Assembly: GCA_002687815.1 (NCBI GenBank)
Contig: NZBH01000008.1
Coordinates: forward strand, 1 to 41,636
From: an archaeon
GTDB taxonomy: Archaea; Nanobdellota; Nanobdellia; SCGC-AAA011-G17; GCA-2687815
Reading direction: 5' to 3'
Length of the DNA: 41,636 bases
Below the pieces are notes generated by a model. The model was not told the origin of the DNA, made no database searches, and was given only the letters and a program-made list of their open reading frames with translations. Within the stretch, counting starts at the first letter, position 1, and each line of letters starts with the position of its first letter. Shown one piece after another: positions 1 through 7,670 of this stretch. The translations under genes were made by a program, and so were the position numbers.

Positions 1-1
1 A

Positions 2-427
2 AAAGGATTTATATCTACTCTAATGAATTCAGATTTAGGTGGCAATGGTCTAGGTGATATACTAGACAGCTCTGCACATATGTATTCTCTTAAAAATCTA
101 GAGAATAATGAAGGAAGATGTGAAAATCCAGGTTATTCAACTGAAGGTACTTGTGAAGGTGCAACTTGTACAGATGCTAATGGTGATAGACCCTGTAGAT
201 GGAATAAGTGGGGTAGATATGAACATTTTATTCCTGCTGGAGTTGATATTACTAATCTTAGATTCTTTGCAGCCTTAACATCAATACATCCTTCTGGAAA
301 TGATCAAGGCGGTATATGGCTACCAGTTAGAGGCTTTCTTGAAATGTGGGAAGTAGATGAAACAGATTTTTATGACGATGCTTATAATAATAGAACTGGC
401 GACGTAGTTCCTCATATACCTATATAA
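2..427 (+). CDS. structural / fibre-associated protein, C-terminal part (5'-partial at window edge)
   Basis: Frame is open from nt 2 through the first ATG at 23 to the stop at 425-427. It carries the Cys motif CENPGYSTEGTCEG shared with the two large fibre-like ORFs downstream, on the same strand. Confidence 0.6.
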   Translation, partial: KGFISTLMNSDLGGNGLGDILDSSAHMYSLKNLENNEGRCENPGYSTEGTCEGATCTDANGDRPCRWNKWGRYEHFIPAGVDITNLRFFAALTSIHPSGNDQGGIWLPVRGFLEMWEVDETDFYDDAYNNRTGDVVPHIPI

Positions 428-483
428 AGTACGCCACACTAAGAAGCCAAGTGACATAACTTAGATGAACAAAGGAGAAATTC

Positions 484-774
484 ATGAAACAGAAGCTGCT
501 AACAGCTCTACTAAATTTGTTCGGAATATTTTACTTATTAATAGAAAAATACTTAAAGTATCCAGATGATTATAATATTCTTGGAGTAGATATTAGTAAC
601 AAATTTCAAAAGAAAACTAGAAAAGAACTATGTGAATATATGGACATTCATCTTCCTAGAAAGGGTTTCTATGATCTTAATAGTACTACAAAAATAAGAT
701 TAGGATGTCAATTGTTAGAAAATTGTAATAAATATAAAAACTTATACGAGGGCTATAAGTCCAGGAATAAATAA
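484..774 (+). CDS. hypothetical small protein with N-terminal hydrophobic helix
   Basis: ATG preceded by AAAGGAGA. N-terminus LLTALLNLFGIFYLLI is hydrophobic. Sits between two structural ORFs. Confidence 0.55.
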   Translation: MKQKLLTALLNLFGIFYLLIEKYLKYPDDYNILGVDISNKFQKKTRKELCEYMDIHLPRKGFYDLNSTTKIRLGCQLLENCNKYKNLYEGYKSRNK

Positions 775-794
775 ATTTAAAGGAGAATAACATT

Positions 795-3700
795 ATGGGA
801 TCAGATACATTTCCAGGAACAAGATCAGCTAAAACTAATAGAATTATTCCATTTTCAGGACCAAGACCGGGTTCTTCCATTGCCACAAGATTCTTCAGAG
901 AGAAAACTTACGATGATAGTCCTGCATTTTTTGCAGGAGCAGTAACAAGACCTGTAGTATCAGAAACAATAGGAAATTGGATACGTTGGTCTGAAGTACC
1001 TAGACTTGCTTCATCATTAGAAAATAGTTATTTTTATCATAAAAGAGATTTATATACTGTTGGGGACATCGATAGACAAATCGGCGATCTTAAACTACAA
1101 ATTTTTCAGATCTTAAATACAGGATCTTCAGTAGATTTTTTAAGTGTAAGTTCTCATATTATTCCTGATAGTAATGAAGCATATAATTTAGGAAGTCTTC
1201 AACATAACTGGTCTACTCTTTACGCAGATGAACTTCAATTTGGACCTTTAGCCCTCATAAAACAGTCAGTAGGTGATCCGGACAAGATAACTGTTCAAAC
1301 ATCTGAGATGACTGTAGGGGGTGATGTCACTGTTGCTAATACGGTAGCTGCAGATCAGTTTATAGGTGACGGTTCTAATCTTACTGGAGTAACTGCTGAA
1401 TGGGATGGCACACATAGTGGTAATGCTTATATCGTTGGTAATTTAACTGTTGGTACATCTGGTAATAGTTCAGATCTAAACATAATGAATCAGATAAATG
1501 TAACTGATGGTTTTAATTTAGTAAACGCATCGCAGCCAGGGATATGGTCAATGTTAATGTGGGATAATGCAGGTAGACAAGGAAACTTTGATATACTTAA
1601 CGTTAATGGAGGCCAATTGAATAATGGAGGATATGGTTTTGCTAACATTGGTGGTGTTATAATAGGTGGAACTAATAATATAGATAGTATTAAAGATCTA
1701 ACCAACCTTACAATGGAAGGTGATTTACTAACAGGTACTTGTAGTGATAATCAATATTCCGATCCAAGTTCTTGTATAACTGGTGGAGGAACATGGACAG
1801 GAGGAACCATTAAAGGTAATCTATCTGGTAATGTAACTGGTAATGTAACTGGTGATGTAACTGGTGATGTAACTGGTAGTATCTCTGGCGGTACTTTAGC
1901 TGGCGATGGAGCTTCAATAACTAATGTTTCTGCTAGTGATTCTGCTCTATTAGGTGGATATGCTTCGGGCTGGTATACTGCCTATGTAGATACTGCAATC
2001 ACAAATCTCATAGATACAGCACCTGGTGCTTTAAATACACTTAATGAACTAGCTGAAGCTCTTGGAGATGATGATGATTTTGCAGGATCTGTAACTACAT
2101 CTATAGCAAATGAAGCTTCTACTAGAGGTACAGCTGATACTACTTTACAAAGTAATATAGATGCTGAAGCTTCTACTAGAGGTACAGCTGATACTACTTT
2201 ACAAAGTAATATAGATGCTGAAGCTTCTGCTAGAGGTACAGCTGATACTACTTTACAAAGTAATATAAATACTAAAGTTCCTCTAAGTGGTGCTGCGACT
2301 ATTTATGGAACTAAAACTTTCAATGATACTATTCAAGGAAACTTACAGGGTAATACATCTGGTATACATACGGGATCAGTCGTGGGAGATACTGCAGGAA
2401 ATGTAACTACACCTTTAATTACTTTTACAGGAAATAATACTACTCTTGATCGTAATCCTAATGCACATTTTATTCTTTTAGATAATAATGAATATCATGC
2501 ACTAGTATACGATTCTCCTAATCCTGTTTGGAATGAGGGTATGTGGGGAATGGTTACTTGGACGAATAATGAAAATGAATGTATGTGTGGACCTGGTGGA
2601 GTGTATAATAGTGGCGGCGGCGGTTCTTGTACTGAAGGTGCTCTAACTGATGATTACTGGAATAATTCAGTTGATAATAATGCAGGATTTTACCAACCTT
2701 CATGTTGGACAAAACGTATAAATGCTGACGTTAGAGCTTTAATATTTGATCATAAATTTGATGGTAGCAGTAGTGATCAAAAAGCTTGGTGGCAAGAGAA
2801 TGTAAATAAAATTGGATTATTAATAAAAGTATGGCAAGAACTAGATCCTGCCATATGGAAAATATTTAGAATAATAGATACTCCTAATCCTATAGGAACC
2901 TGTGATGATCTTACCTACCTAGATCAAGCTACCTGTGAAGCAGCTAACGCAGTATGGACAGTTGGAAATGATGCTATTCCTATTTACGTAGAGGAATTTG
3001 AAAGTTCAGCTTACTGTGTTGGTTGTGGACCTGCAGCAACTTGGAGTACTGGATCATCAGATGATCTAGCTATTCAGTATGTAGGAATTGGTGGACCTAG
3101 AAGTAAAAAGATTGAGGGTGCTTTAAGTGGAGATTTAATTCCTGTTGCAGATAATTTATATGATATTGGCTCAGCTCAATTTAGAATAAAAGACTTGCAT
3201 GTATCAGAGAATTCATTATGGGTTGGTGGTGATCATAAAATTGAGATTGCTGGCGGTAAAATGAAATTTAAAAAGAGAAAGAAAAGTACTGTTCCTGCTA
3301 ATATTATAGCTATAGCTGGTGATGAAGCTGGAGCTAAAACTCATTCAGGAGAGGCTAATGTTGAAGATATACAACTACATCAATGGTTAGCTTATGCTAA
3401 TAGTCTTGCAGGTGGAGAAAATTATCTGATTCAGGATATATATCCAGGAGAGGGACACGGTGGCTTTAATCCTGCTGATTGGGATGAAAATATAGGTGCA
3501 GGAGAGGTAGATGCGATGGGCGGTAGTATGACAGCTCATATTATTCCTGATACACATGATACCTATGATATAGGTAATGCTTCATTCAAGATACGAGATA
3601 TATATGAAGAAGAAGCTTCTGATATCAATTTAAAAGACGATATAGTTCCTTTTGAAAATGCTCTTGATTTCTTTGCAGATATGCGTGTTGTTAACTTTAC

Positions 3701-3923
3701 CTGGAAAGACGGTACTCATAGGGGCGGAAAAAGAGAAACAGGACTTATCGCTCAAGATGTTAAAGCTGCAATGGATTCTTATGATTATAATGATAGTTTT
3801 TTATGGTCTGAGACTAATGGTGAACAAGGTCTTGATAAGAAACGTCTTATTCCTGCTCTAGTTGCAGCAGTTAAAGAACTAACTACTAAAGTTAAAGAGC
3901 TTGAAGAAGAACTCAAAAAATAA
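795..3923 (+). CDS. tail fibre / tail spike protein with C-terminal peptidase S74-type intramolecular chaperone domain
   Basis: 1042 aa with SD AAAGGAGA upstream. Contains GxxT/GxxS 4-residue repeats and 3x19-aa fibre repeats (EASTRGTADTTLQSNID). C-terminus SDINLKDDIVPFENAL...ETGLIAQDVKAAM...coiled coil matches the S74 autoproteolytic chaperone pattern (SDxxxK..I, G-L/F-IAQ-E/D-V). Confidence 0.85.
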   Translation: MGSDTFPGTRSAKTNRIIPFSGPRPGSSIATRFFREKTYDDSPAFFAGAVTRPVVSETIGNWIRWSEVPRLASSLENSYFYHKRDLYTVGDIDRQIGDLKLQIFQILNTGSSVDFLSVSSHIIPDSNEAYNLGSLQHNWSTLYADELQFGPLALIKQSVGDPDKITVQTSEMTVGGDVTVANTVAADQFIGDGSNLTGVTAEWDGTHSGNAYIVGNLTVGTSGNSSDLNIMNQINVTDGFNLVNASQPGIWSMLMWDNAGRQGNFDILNVNGGQLNNGGYGFANIGGVIIGGTNNIDSIKDLTNLTMEGDLLTGTCSDNQYSDPSSCITGGGTWTGGTIKGNLSGNVTGNVTGDVTGDVTGSISGGTLAGDGASITNVSASDSALLGGYASGWYTAYVDTAITNLIDTAPGALNTLNELAEALGDDDDFAGSVTTSIANEASTRGTADTTLQSNIDAEASTRGTADTTLQSNIDAEASARGTADTTLQSNINTKVPLSGAATIYGTKTFNDTIQGNLQGNTSGIHTGSVVGDTAGNVTTPLITFTGNNTTLDRNPNAHFILLDNNEYHALVYDSPNPVWNEGMWGMVTWTNNENECMCGPGGVYNSGGGGSCTEGALTDDYWNNSVDNNAGFYQPSCWTKRINADVRALIFDHKFDGSSSDQKAWWQENVNKIGLLIKVWQELDPAIWKIFRIIDTPNPIGTCDDLTYLDQATCEAANAVWTVGNDAIPIYVEEFESSAYCVGCGPAATWSTGSSDDLAIQYVGIGGPRSKKIEGALSGDLIPVADNLYDIGSAQFRIKDLHVSENSLWVGGDHKIEIAGGKMKFKKRKKSTVPANIIAIAGDEAGAKTHSGEANVEDIQLHQWLAYANSLAGGENYLIQDIYPGEGHGGFNPADWDENIGAGEVDAMGGSMTAHIIPDTHDTYDIGNASFKIRDIYEEEASDINLKDDIVPFENALDFFADMRVVNFTWKDGTHRGGKRETGLIAQDVKAAMDSYDYNDSFLWSETNGEQGLDKKRLIPALVAAVKELTTKVKELEEELKK
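1815..1886 (+). repeat. in-frame tandem 12-bp repeat (about 6 units) encoding GNLS-GNVT-GNVT-GDVT-GDVT-GSIS
   Basis: ggtaatgtaact / ggtgatgtaact units read directly in the sequence, inside the fibre CDS. Confidence 0.9.
2104..2274 (+). repeat. in-frame tandem 57-bp repeat x3 (19-aa fibre repeat)
   Basis: Unit atgctgaagcttctactagaggtacagctgatactactttacaaagtaatatag occurs three times (2161-2217 and 2218-2274 differ at very few positions; the first copy diverges at its 5' end). Confidence 0.9.
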
Positions 3924-3935
3924 AGAAGATGTTAA

Positions 3936-4259
3936 ATGTTTGATAAAATAAAACAATTCTTTACTTTGTTTGGAATATTTGCTTTAATTGCGATCTTCTA
4001 TATAACTAAGAAGAAGTTTGAAATTAACTCTCTTAAAAAGTTATTGGAGAAAGACTATAAAGCAAGATCTAATAAACTTACTGATAAACGTAAGGATTTA
4101 AAGAAGGCATTAAATAAAAGTAAAGGTAAAGACACTTCTATTCAAGATACTATAAGTACCTTAGATAAGGATAGACGGAGAATTAAGAATGAATCTAAAA
4201 AATTGGACAGCTCTGATCTTAGCTCTGCTATTGACAAATGGTATAAGTCAAGAGACTAA
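3936..4259 (+). CDS. lysis-associated membrane protein (holin- or i-spanin-like: N-terminal TM plus charged coiled coil)
   Basis: 107 aa. TM helix FFTLFGIFALIAIFYI followed by a Lys/Asp-rich helical tail. Lies immediately upstream of the endolysin. Confidence 0.55.
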   Translation: MFDKIKQFFTLFGIFALIAIFYITKKKFEINSLKKLLEKDYKARSNKLTDKRKDLKKALNKSKGKDTSIQDTISTLDKDRRRIKNESKKLDSSDLSSAIDKWYKSRD

Positions 4260-4545
4260 TGAAGTATGCTTGCCTGAGGCACAGATAAGGGCTTTATTTG
4301 AAGATGCACAATTACTTTCAATTTGTGAACAAGAAAAAGAACTATACAAATTAGTAGTATTTAACAGAGATACTACTATAAGAATACAGGATGAATTAAT
4401 TATAAATCTTGAAAGTCAAGTAGCTTTACAAGATAGTTTAATGACCGAAATGAGATCTGAAGTAGGAACAGACTGGTATATTAAATATCTTTTTTTAATA
4501 CTCGGAATAGGATTTACTTCTAGTATTAATTTTATAAATAATTAA
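4189..4545 (+). CDS. lysis-associated protein with N-terminal signal-like peptide and C-terminal TM (u-spanin-like topology)
   Basis: 118 aa. GGAG lies 9 nt upstream of the ATG. Overlaps the previous ORF by 71 nt in another frame. N-terminus WTALILALLLTNG, C-terminus YLFLILGIGFTSSINFI. No canonical lipobox. Confidence 0.5.
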   Translation: MNLKNWTALILALLLTNGISQETNEVCLPEAQIRALFEDAQLLSICEQEKELYKLVVFNRDTTIRIQDELIINLESQVALQDSLMTEMRSEVGTDWYIKYLFLILGIGFTSSINFINN

Positions 4546-4547
4546 AT

Positions 4548-5165
4548 ATGAATTTTATTATAAATTTTTTATTTAAAATAATTAATATTTTTTTATCTAA
4601 TAAAGATAAAAAGATTAATATTATTTCCAAAAAAGAAATAGACATAGAGGTAGAAAAGAATCTAGATAATAATACCGAGAATGTTTGTTCTCGGTATTTT
4701 ACTTTAGAAGAAATTACTAAATCAGAGACCGCAGTGAGGCAAGGTATACAAAATATACCTAGTAAAGATCAAATTTTTCAAACTCAACAGTTATGTTCTG
4801 TTATTATGGATAGAATTAGATCTCATTATAATAAACCTATTCGTATTTTGTCCGGTTATCGTTGTCAAGAGCTTAATAAAGTTATAGGAGGCTCTAAAAG
4901 CTCTCAACATATGGCTTTAAATAATGATGCGGCTATTGATTTTGAATTTTATGATCATCACATAAATTTAGAGTCTGTTTTTCATTGGATAACACAAATA
5001 TCTGATATTCATTTTGACCAATGTATTGCTGAGTTTTTACCTGAAGGTTGGATTCATATTAGTTATAACACAGACAGTGAAAAGAATAGAGGAAAAATAA
5101 CACGAGCTACAAAAATAAATAATAAAACTTTCTATGAACAGTTAGGATATGCAAAATGGATTTAA
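4548..5165 (+). CDS. endolysin, peptidase M15 (M15_3 / D-Ala-D-Ala carboxypeptidase-like zinc peptidase) with N-terminal hydrophobic segment
   Basis: Motifs SGYRCQELNKVIGGSKSSQH ... AAIDFEF ... GWIHISY fit the H-D-H zinc ligand pattern of PF08291-type phage peptidases. The start is 2 nt after the preceding stop. Confidence 0.8.
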   Translation: MNFIINFLFKIINIFLSNKDKKINIISKKEIDIEVEKNLDNNTENVCSRYFTLEEITKSETAVRQGIQNIPSKDQIFQTQQLCSVIMDRIRSHYNKPIRILSGYRCQELNKVIGGSKSSQHMALNNDAAIDFEFYDHHINLESVFHWITQISDIHFDQCIAEFLPEGWIHISYNTDSEKNRGKITRATKINNKTFYEQLGYAKWI

Positions 5166-5188
5166 ATAATTAAAAGGAGAAATTAAAG

Positions 5189-6919
5189 ATGTCAAATCGT
5201 CAAATAGACACCCCTTGGGGGCCTTTATATGCAACAACAGCACAAACAAATTACTTTTTTGATACAGTTTCTTACACCGTACCACAAAATATAACAGATG
5301 GATGTAACTTACCAGATAATACTTTATCTATAGATTCTAATGGAAATATTTTATATAATTCATCAGAAGATATAGCCGGATTTCAATTTGAGGTTATTGG
5401 AACAGATCTAATAGCTAATTCTGCTAGCGGAGGTGATGCAGGCGAAGCAGGTTTCATGATGGTGTCTGGTACATCTATGATTATAGGATTTTCACTTGCA
5501 GGTACTGTTGTAGAGGCTGGTTGTGGTACATTAGTAGAAGTAGACTTTGAAAATGGAATTCCAGATGGTCTTAGTGATCTTATTATATCAGATAATATTG
5601 GAATGTTAATTGAACCATTTAATAATTTAGATACGTTGATTGGAGCAGAAGACTGGGTAGGAGCTTTTAGACCAGCCAATGTTTGTAATATAGCAGGACA
5701 ATTAAATCAGACTTCTTGTGAAGCTGCATCCGGAACATGGTTAACTGAAGAAGAACTGGTAGGCGCTAAACAATGGAATATCGGAGAATGTGGCCAATAT
5801 GTTTGTGATCTTGCAGTATATGGAACAGATACAGAAAATCCTGATACTGCAACTTATATGTCTCAGGGTCAGACTCCAATATTTAAAATTTATAATACCG
5901 AAGAGGAAGTATCTTATGATGCGATACCTACAACCTCAGATACACCCTGGACAGGCTCTGCTGGATCTATATATTATATAGAAGCCTTATTTGCAGGGTC
6001 TTCAGCTAATGAAGACTCAAATGATTTTGAAATAAGTTATAATATTGGTGGTGCGTGGAATCATTTAGTTTCATTTCCATTTGATTTTGATGGAGAAGAT
6101 GGGATAGGTGACATAGTGGGTTACGACGGACCCATAGAAGCAGTAATGGGTGCAGGTCAGGCAGCATTATTAGTAAATGGTGAATGGATTGGAGGTCTTC
6201 AAACTATTCTTCCTACCGATGGTTATTGGCTAGCCGGTACTTCATCAGATCCGTTAGTAGTTTCTGGTGGTTTTATAGAGAATCCAACTTATAATTTAAT
6301 TAATGGATATAATCTACTTTCATTTCCAGGCTCTGAAACTGCTTCTCTAGAAAGTAATTTTCCTCCAGGTAGTAATTCAGACTTTTTGAGTATAATTGGA
6401 GCAGGCCAAGCTGCTATACAAATAGCTGGTTGTACTGCTGTAAATGATGTATGTAGTGATCCTCAATGGACAACTGAAGCTGAATGCTACAGTCTGGCTG
6501 CCGGCAGTACTTGTACCGTAAATGGCACAGTTGATCCTCAATATACCACTTACCAGCAATGTTACTACGCTACAGGATGTAGTGATGATCAATATTCCGA
6601 TATAGCATCTTGTGAAGCTGCCTCTGAAACATGGGTATATAGTGCTATCTGGGCTAATGCAGAACAGTGGGGTACAACCGAAGCTAGTTGTGCTGCTGCT
6701 ACTACACCTTTTGGGGGTGGAACCTGGTATTACTCTTGGGTCGGAACTCTGCAAGATCTTGAACAAGGAAAGGGTTATTGGGTAACGACATCTGCTGCAA
6801 TAACTGGCTTTCAATATAATTTAGTAAAAGAAGGTTATTGTACCAATGCTGCTTATACAGATGAAGCTACTTGTATAACTAATGGATTTGCATGGAGAGA
6901 TCGATTAGTTAATGGCTAG
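5189..6919 (+). CDS. fibre-like / host-recognition structural protein with cohesin-like N-terminal beta domain and multiple Cys motifs
   Basis: 576 aa with SD AAAAGGAGA. DIAGFQFEVIGTD...IIGFSLAGTVVEAGCGTLVEVDF resembles cohesin-type beta-sandwich signatures (low certainty). At least 4 copies of the C-x4-Y/W-x5-C-x5-7-W motif. Confidence 0.65.
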   Translation: MSNRQIDTPWGPLYATTAQTNYFFDTVSYTVPQNITDGCNLPDNTLSIDSNGNILYNSSEDIAGFQFEVIGTDLIANSASGGDAGEAGFMMVSGTSMIIGFSLAGTVVEAGCGTLVEVDFENGIPDGLSDLIISDNIGMLIEPFNNLDTLIGAEDWVGAFRPANVCNIAGQLNQTSCEAASGTWLTEEELVGAKQWNIGECGQYVCDLAVYGTDTENPDTATYMSQGQTPIFKIYNTEEEVSYDAIPTTSDTPWTGSAGSIYYIEALFAGSSANEDSNDFEISYNIGGAWNHLVSFPFDFDGEDGIGDIVGYDGPIEAVMGAGQAALLVNGEWIGGLQTILPTDGYWLAGTSSDPLVVSGGFIENPTYNLINGYNLLSFPGSETASLESNFPPGSNSDFLSIIGAGQAAIQIAGCTAVNDVCSDPQWTTEAECYSLAAGSTCTVNGTVDPQYTTYQQCYYATGCSDDQYSDIASCEAASETWVYSAIWANAEQWGTTEASCAAATTPFGGGTWYYSWVGTLQDLEQGKGYWVTTSAAITGFQYNLVKEGYCTNAAYTDEATCITNGFAWRDRLVNG

Positions 6920-7463
6920 AGTATCTAAAATAGAAAATAATAGAGTAGGACCTAGAAGTAAAAAGCCAAGTGCTAAAAGAACAGTACTCATTACACCTAA
7001 AAGAACTTTAAAAAATGGTAAAGTATCTAAAGGACAAATGCGAGCTGCCACTCTTATATCTACTTTATTAGAGGGTACTCCGTATGAAATGGAAGTCACC
7101 TGGGATTGGCTGAAAGGTCCAGCTAAAACTAATCTTTATGTAGATATATATTTTCCTAAATATAGACTAGCAGTAGAATATCATGGTGAGCAACATTTCA
7201 AATTCCCAAACTTCTTTCATAAAACTAAGAAACTTTTTACAGAAGGTAAAAAGAGAGATAGAATTAAACGTGGCCTTTTACGAAACCAAGGAATTAAATT
7301 TATTGAATGGAGATTTGATGAAACGTTTACCGATGCAAGAGCTATAAAAAAGTTAATAAATGTGGGCCTAGAAAACAAAATAAGTTCACTAGGCCCTTCT
7401 CGTATACAGACACCAACACGTCAGGCAAACAGGGTATCTAAAGTACGTTCTAAATCAAAGTAA
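6912..7463 (+). CDS. PD-(D/E)xK endonuclease, Vsr/DUF559-like
   Basis: LYVDIYFPKYRLAVEYHGEQHF...KKRDRIKRGLLRNQGIKFIEWRFDE fits the D...vE-x-x-G-x-x-H...D..R...L...G pattern of DUF559/Vsr-fold nucleases. The N-terminus is basic. Overlaps the upstream stop by 8 nt. Confidence 0.6.
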   Translation: MARVSKIENNRVGPRSKKPSAKRTVLITPKRTLKNGKVSKGQMRAATLISTLLEGTPYEMEVTWDWLKGPAKTNLYVDIYFPKYRLAVEYHGEQHFKFPNFFHKTKKLFTEGKKRDRIKRGLLRNQGIKFIEWRFDETFTDARAIKKLINVGLENKISSLGPSRIQTPTRQANRVSKVRSKSK

Positions 7464-7670
7464 CCCTTTAAACTCTTCAGGGTATTTATTTACAGTATAA
7501 GTAATAACGGCACTAGAACTCGCTAGTAATGAGCCTATTATATAAAGCATCATAGTTAACCATGAATCTATTCCTGACCATGCTTGACTGATAGCTGTAC
7601 CAACTATTAATCCTGATCCATATAAAAAATATCTATAAAATATTCTAATTCCTTTTATTTTAAACATCAT
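7455..7670 (-). CDS. small membrane protein (2 predicted TM helices)
   Basis: 71 aa and hydrophobic. ATGA-type overlap with the uvrD-like stop. Overlaps the 3' end of the convergent + strand gene by 9 nt. Confidence 0.55.
   Translation of the reverse strand: MMFKIKGIRIFYRYFLYGSGLIVGTAISQAWSGIDSWLTMMLYIIGSLLASSSAVITYTVNKYPEEFKGLL

Noticed and set aside
686-886. The - strand 66-aa ORF spanning the 484-774 / 795-3923 junction.
   Set aside because: It is antisense to two + strand genes that have clear SD sites.
1815-2274. Tandem repeats in the fibre gene considered as a CRISPR array or as DGR template/variable repeats.
   Set aside because: The units are directly adjacent with no spacers, are in frame (12 and 57 bp), and encode typical fibre repeats. 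No reverse transcriptase or cas gene is in the window.
5383-6814. The - strand ORFs 5383-5679 and 6377-6814 and the + strand ORF 5790-5981, all inside the 576-aa structural gene.
   Set aside because: They overlap a long ORF with a strong SD and conserved Cys motifs, and have no independent signals.
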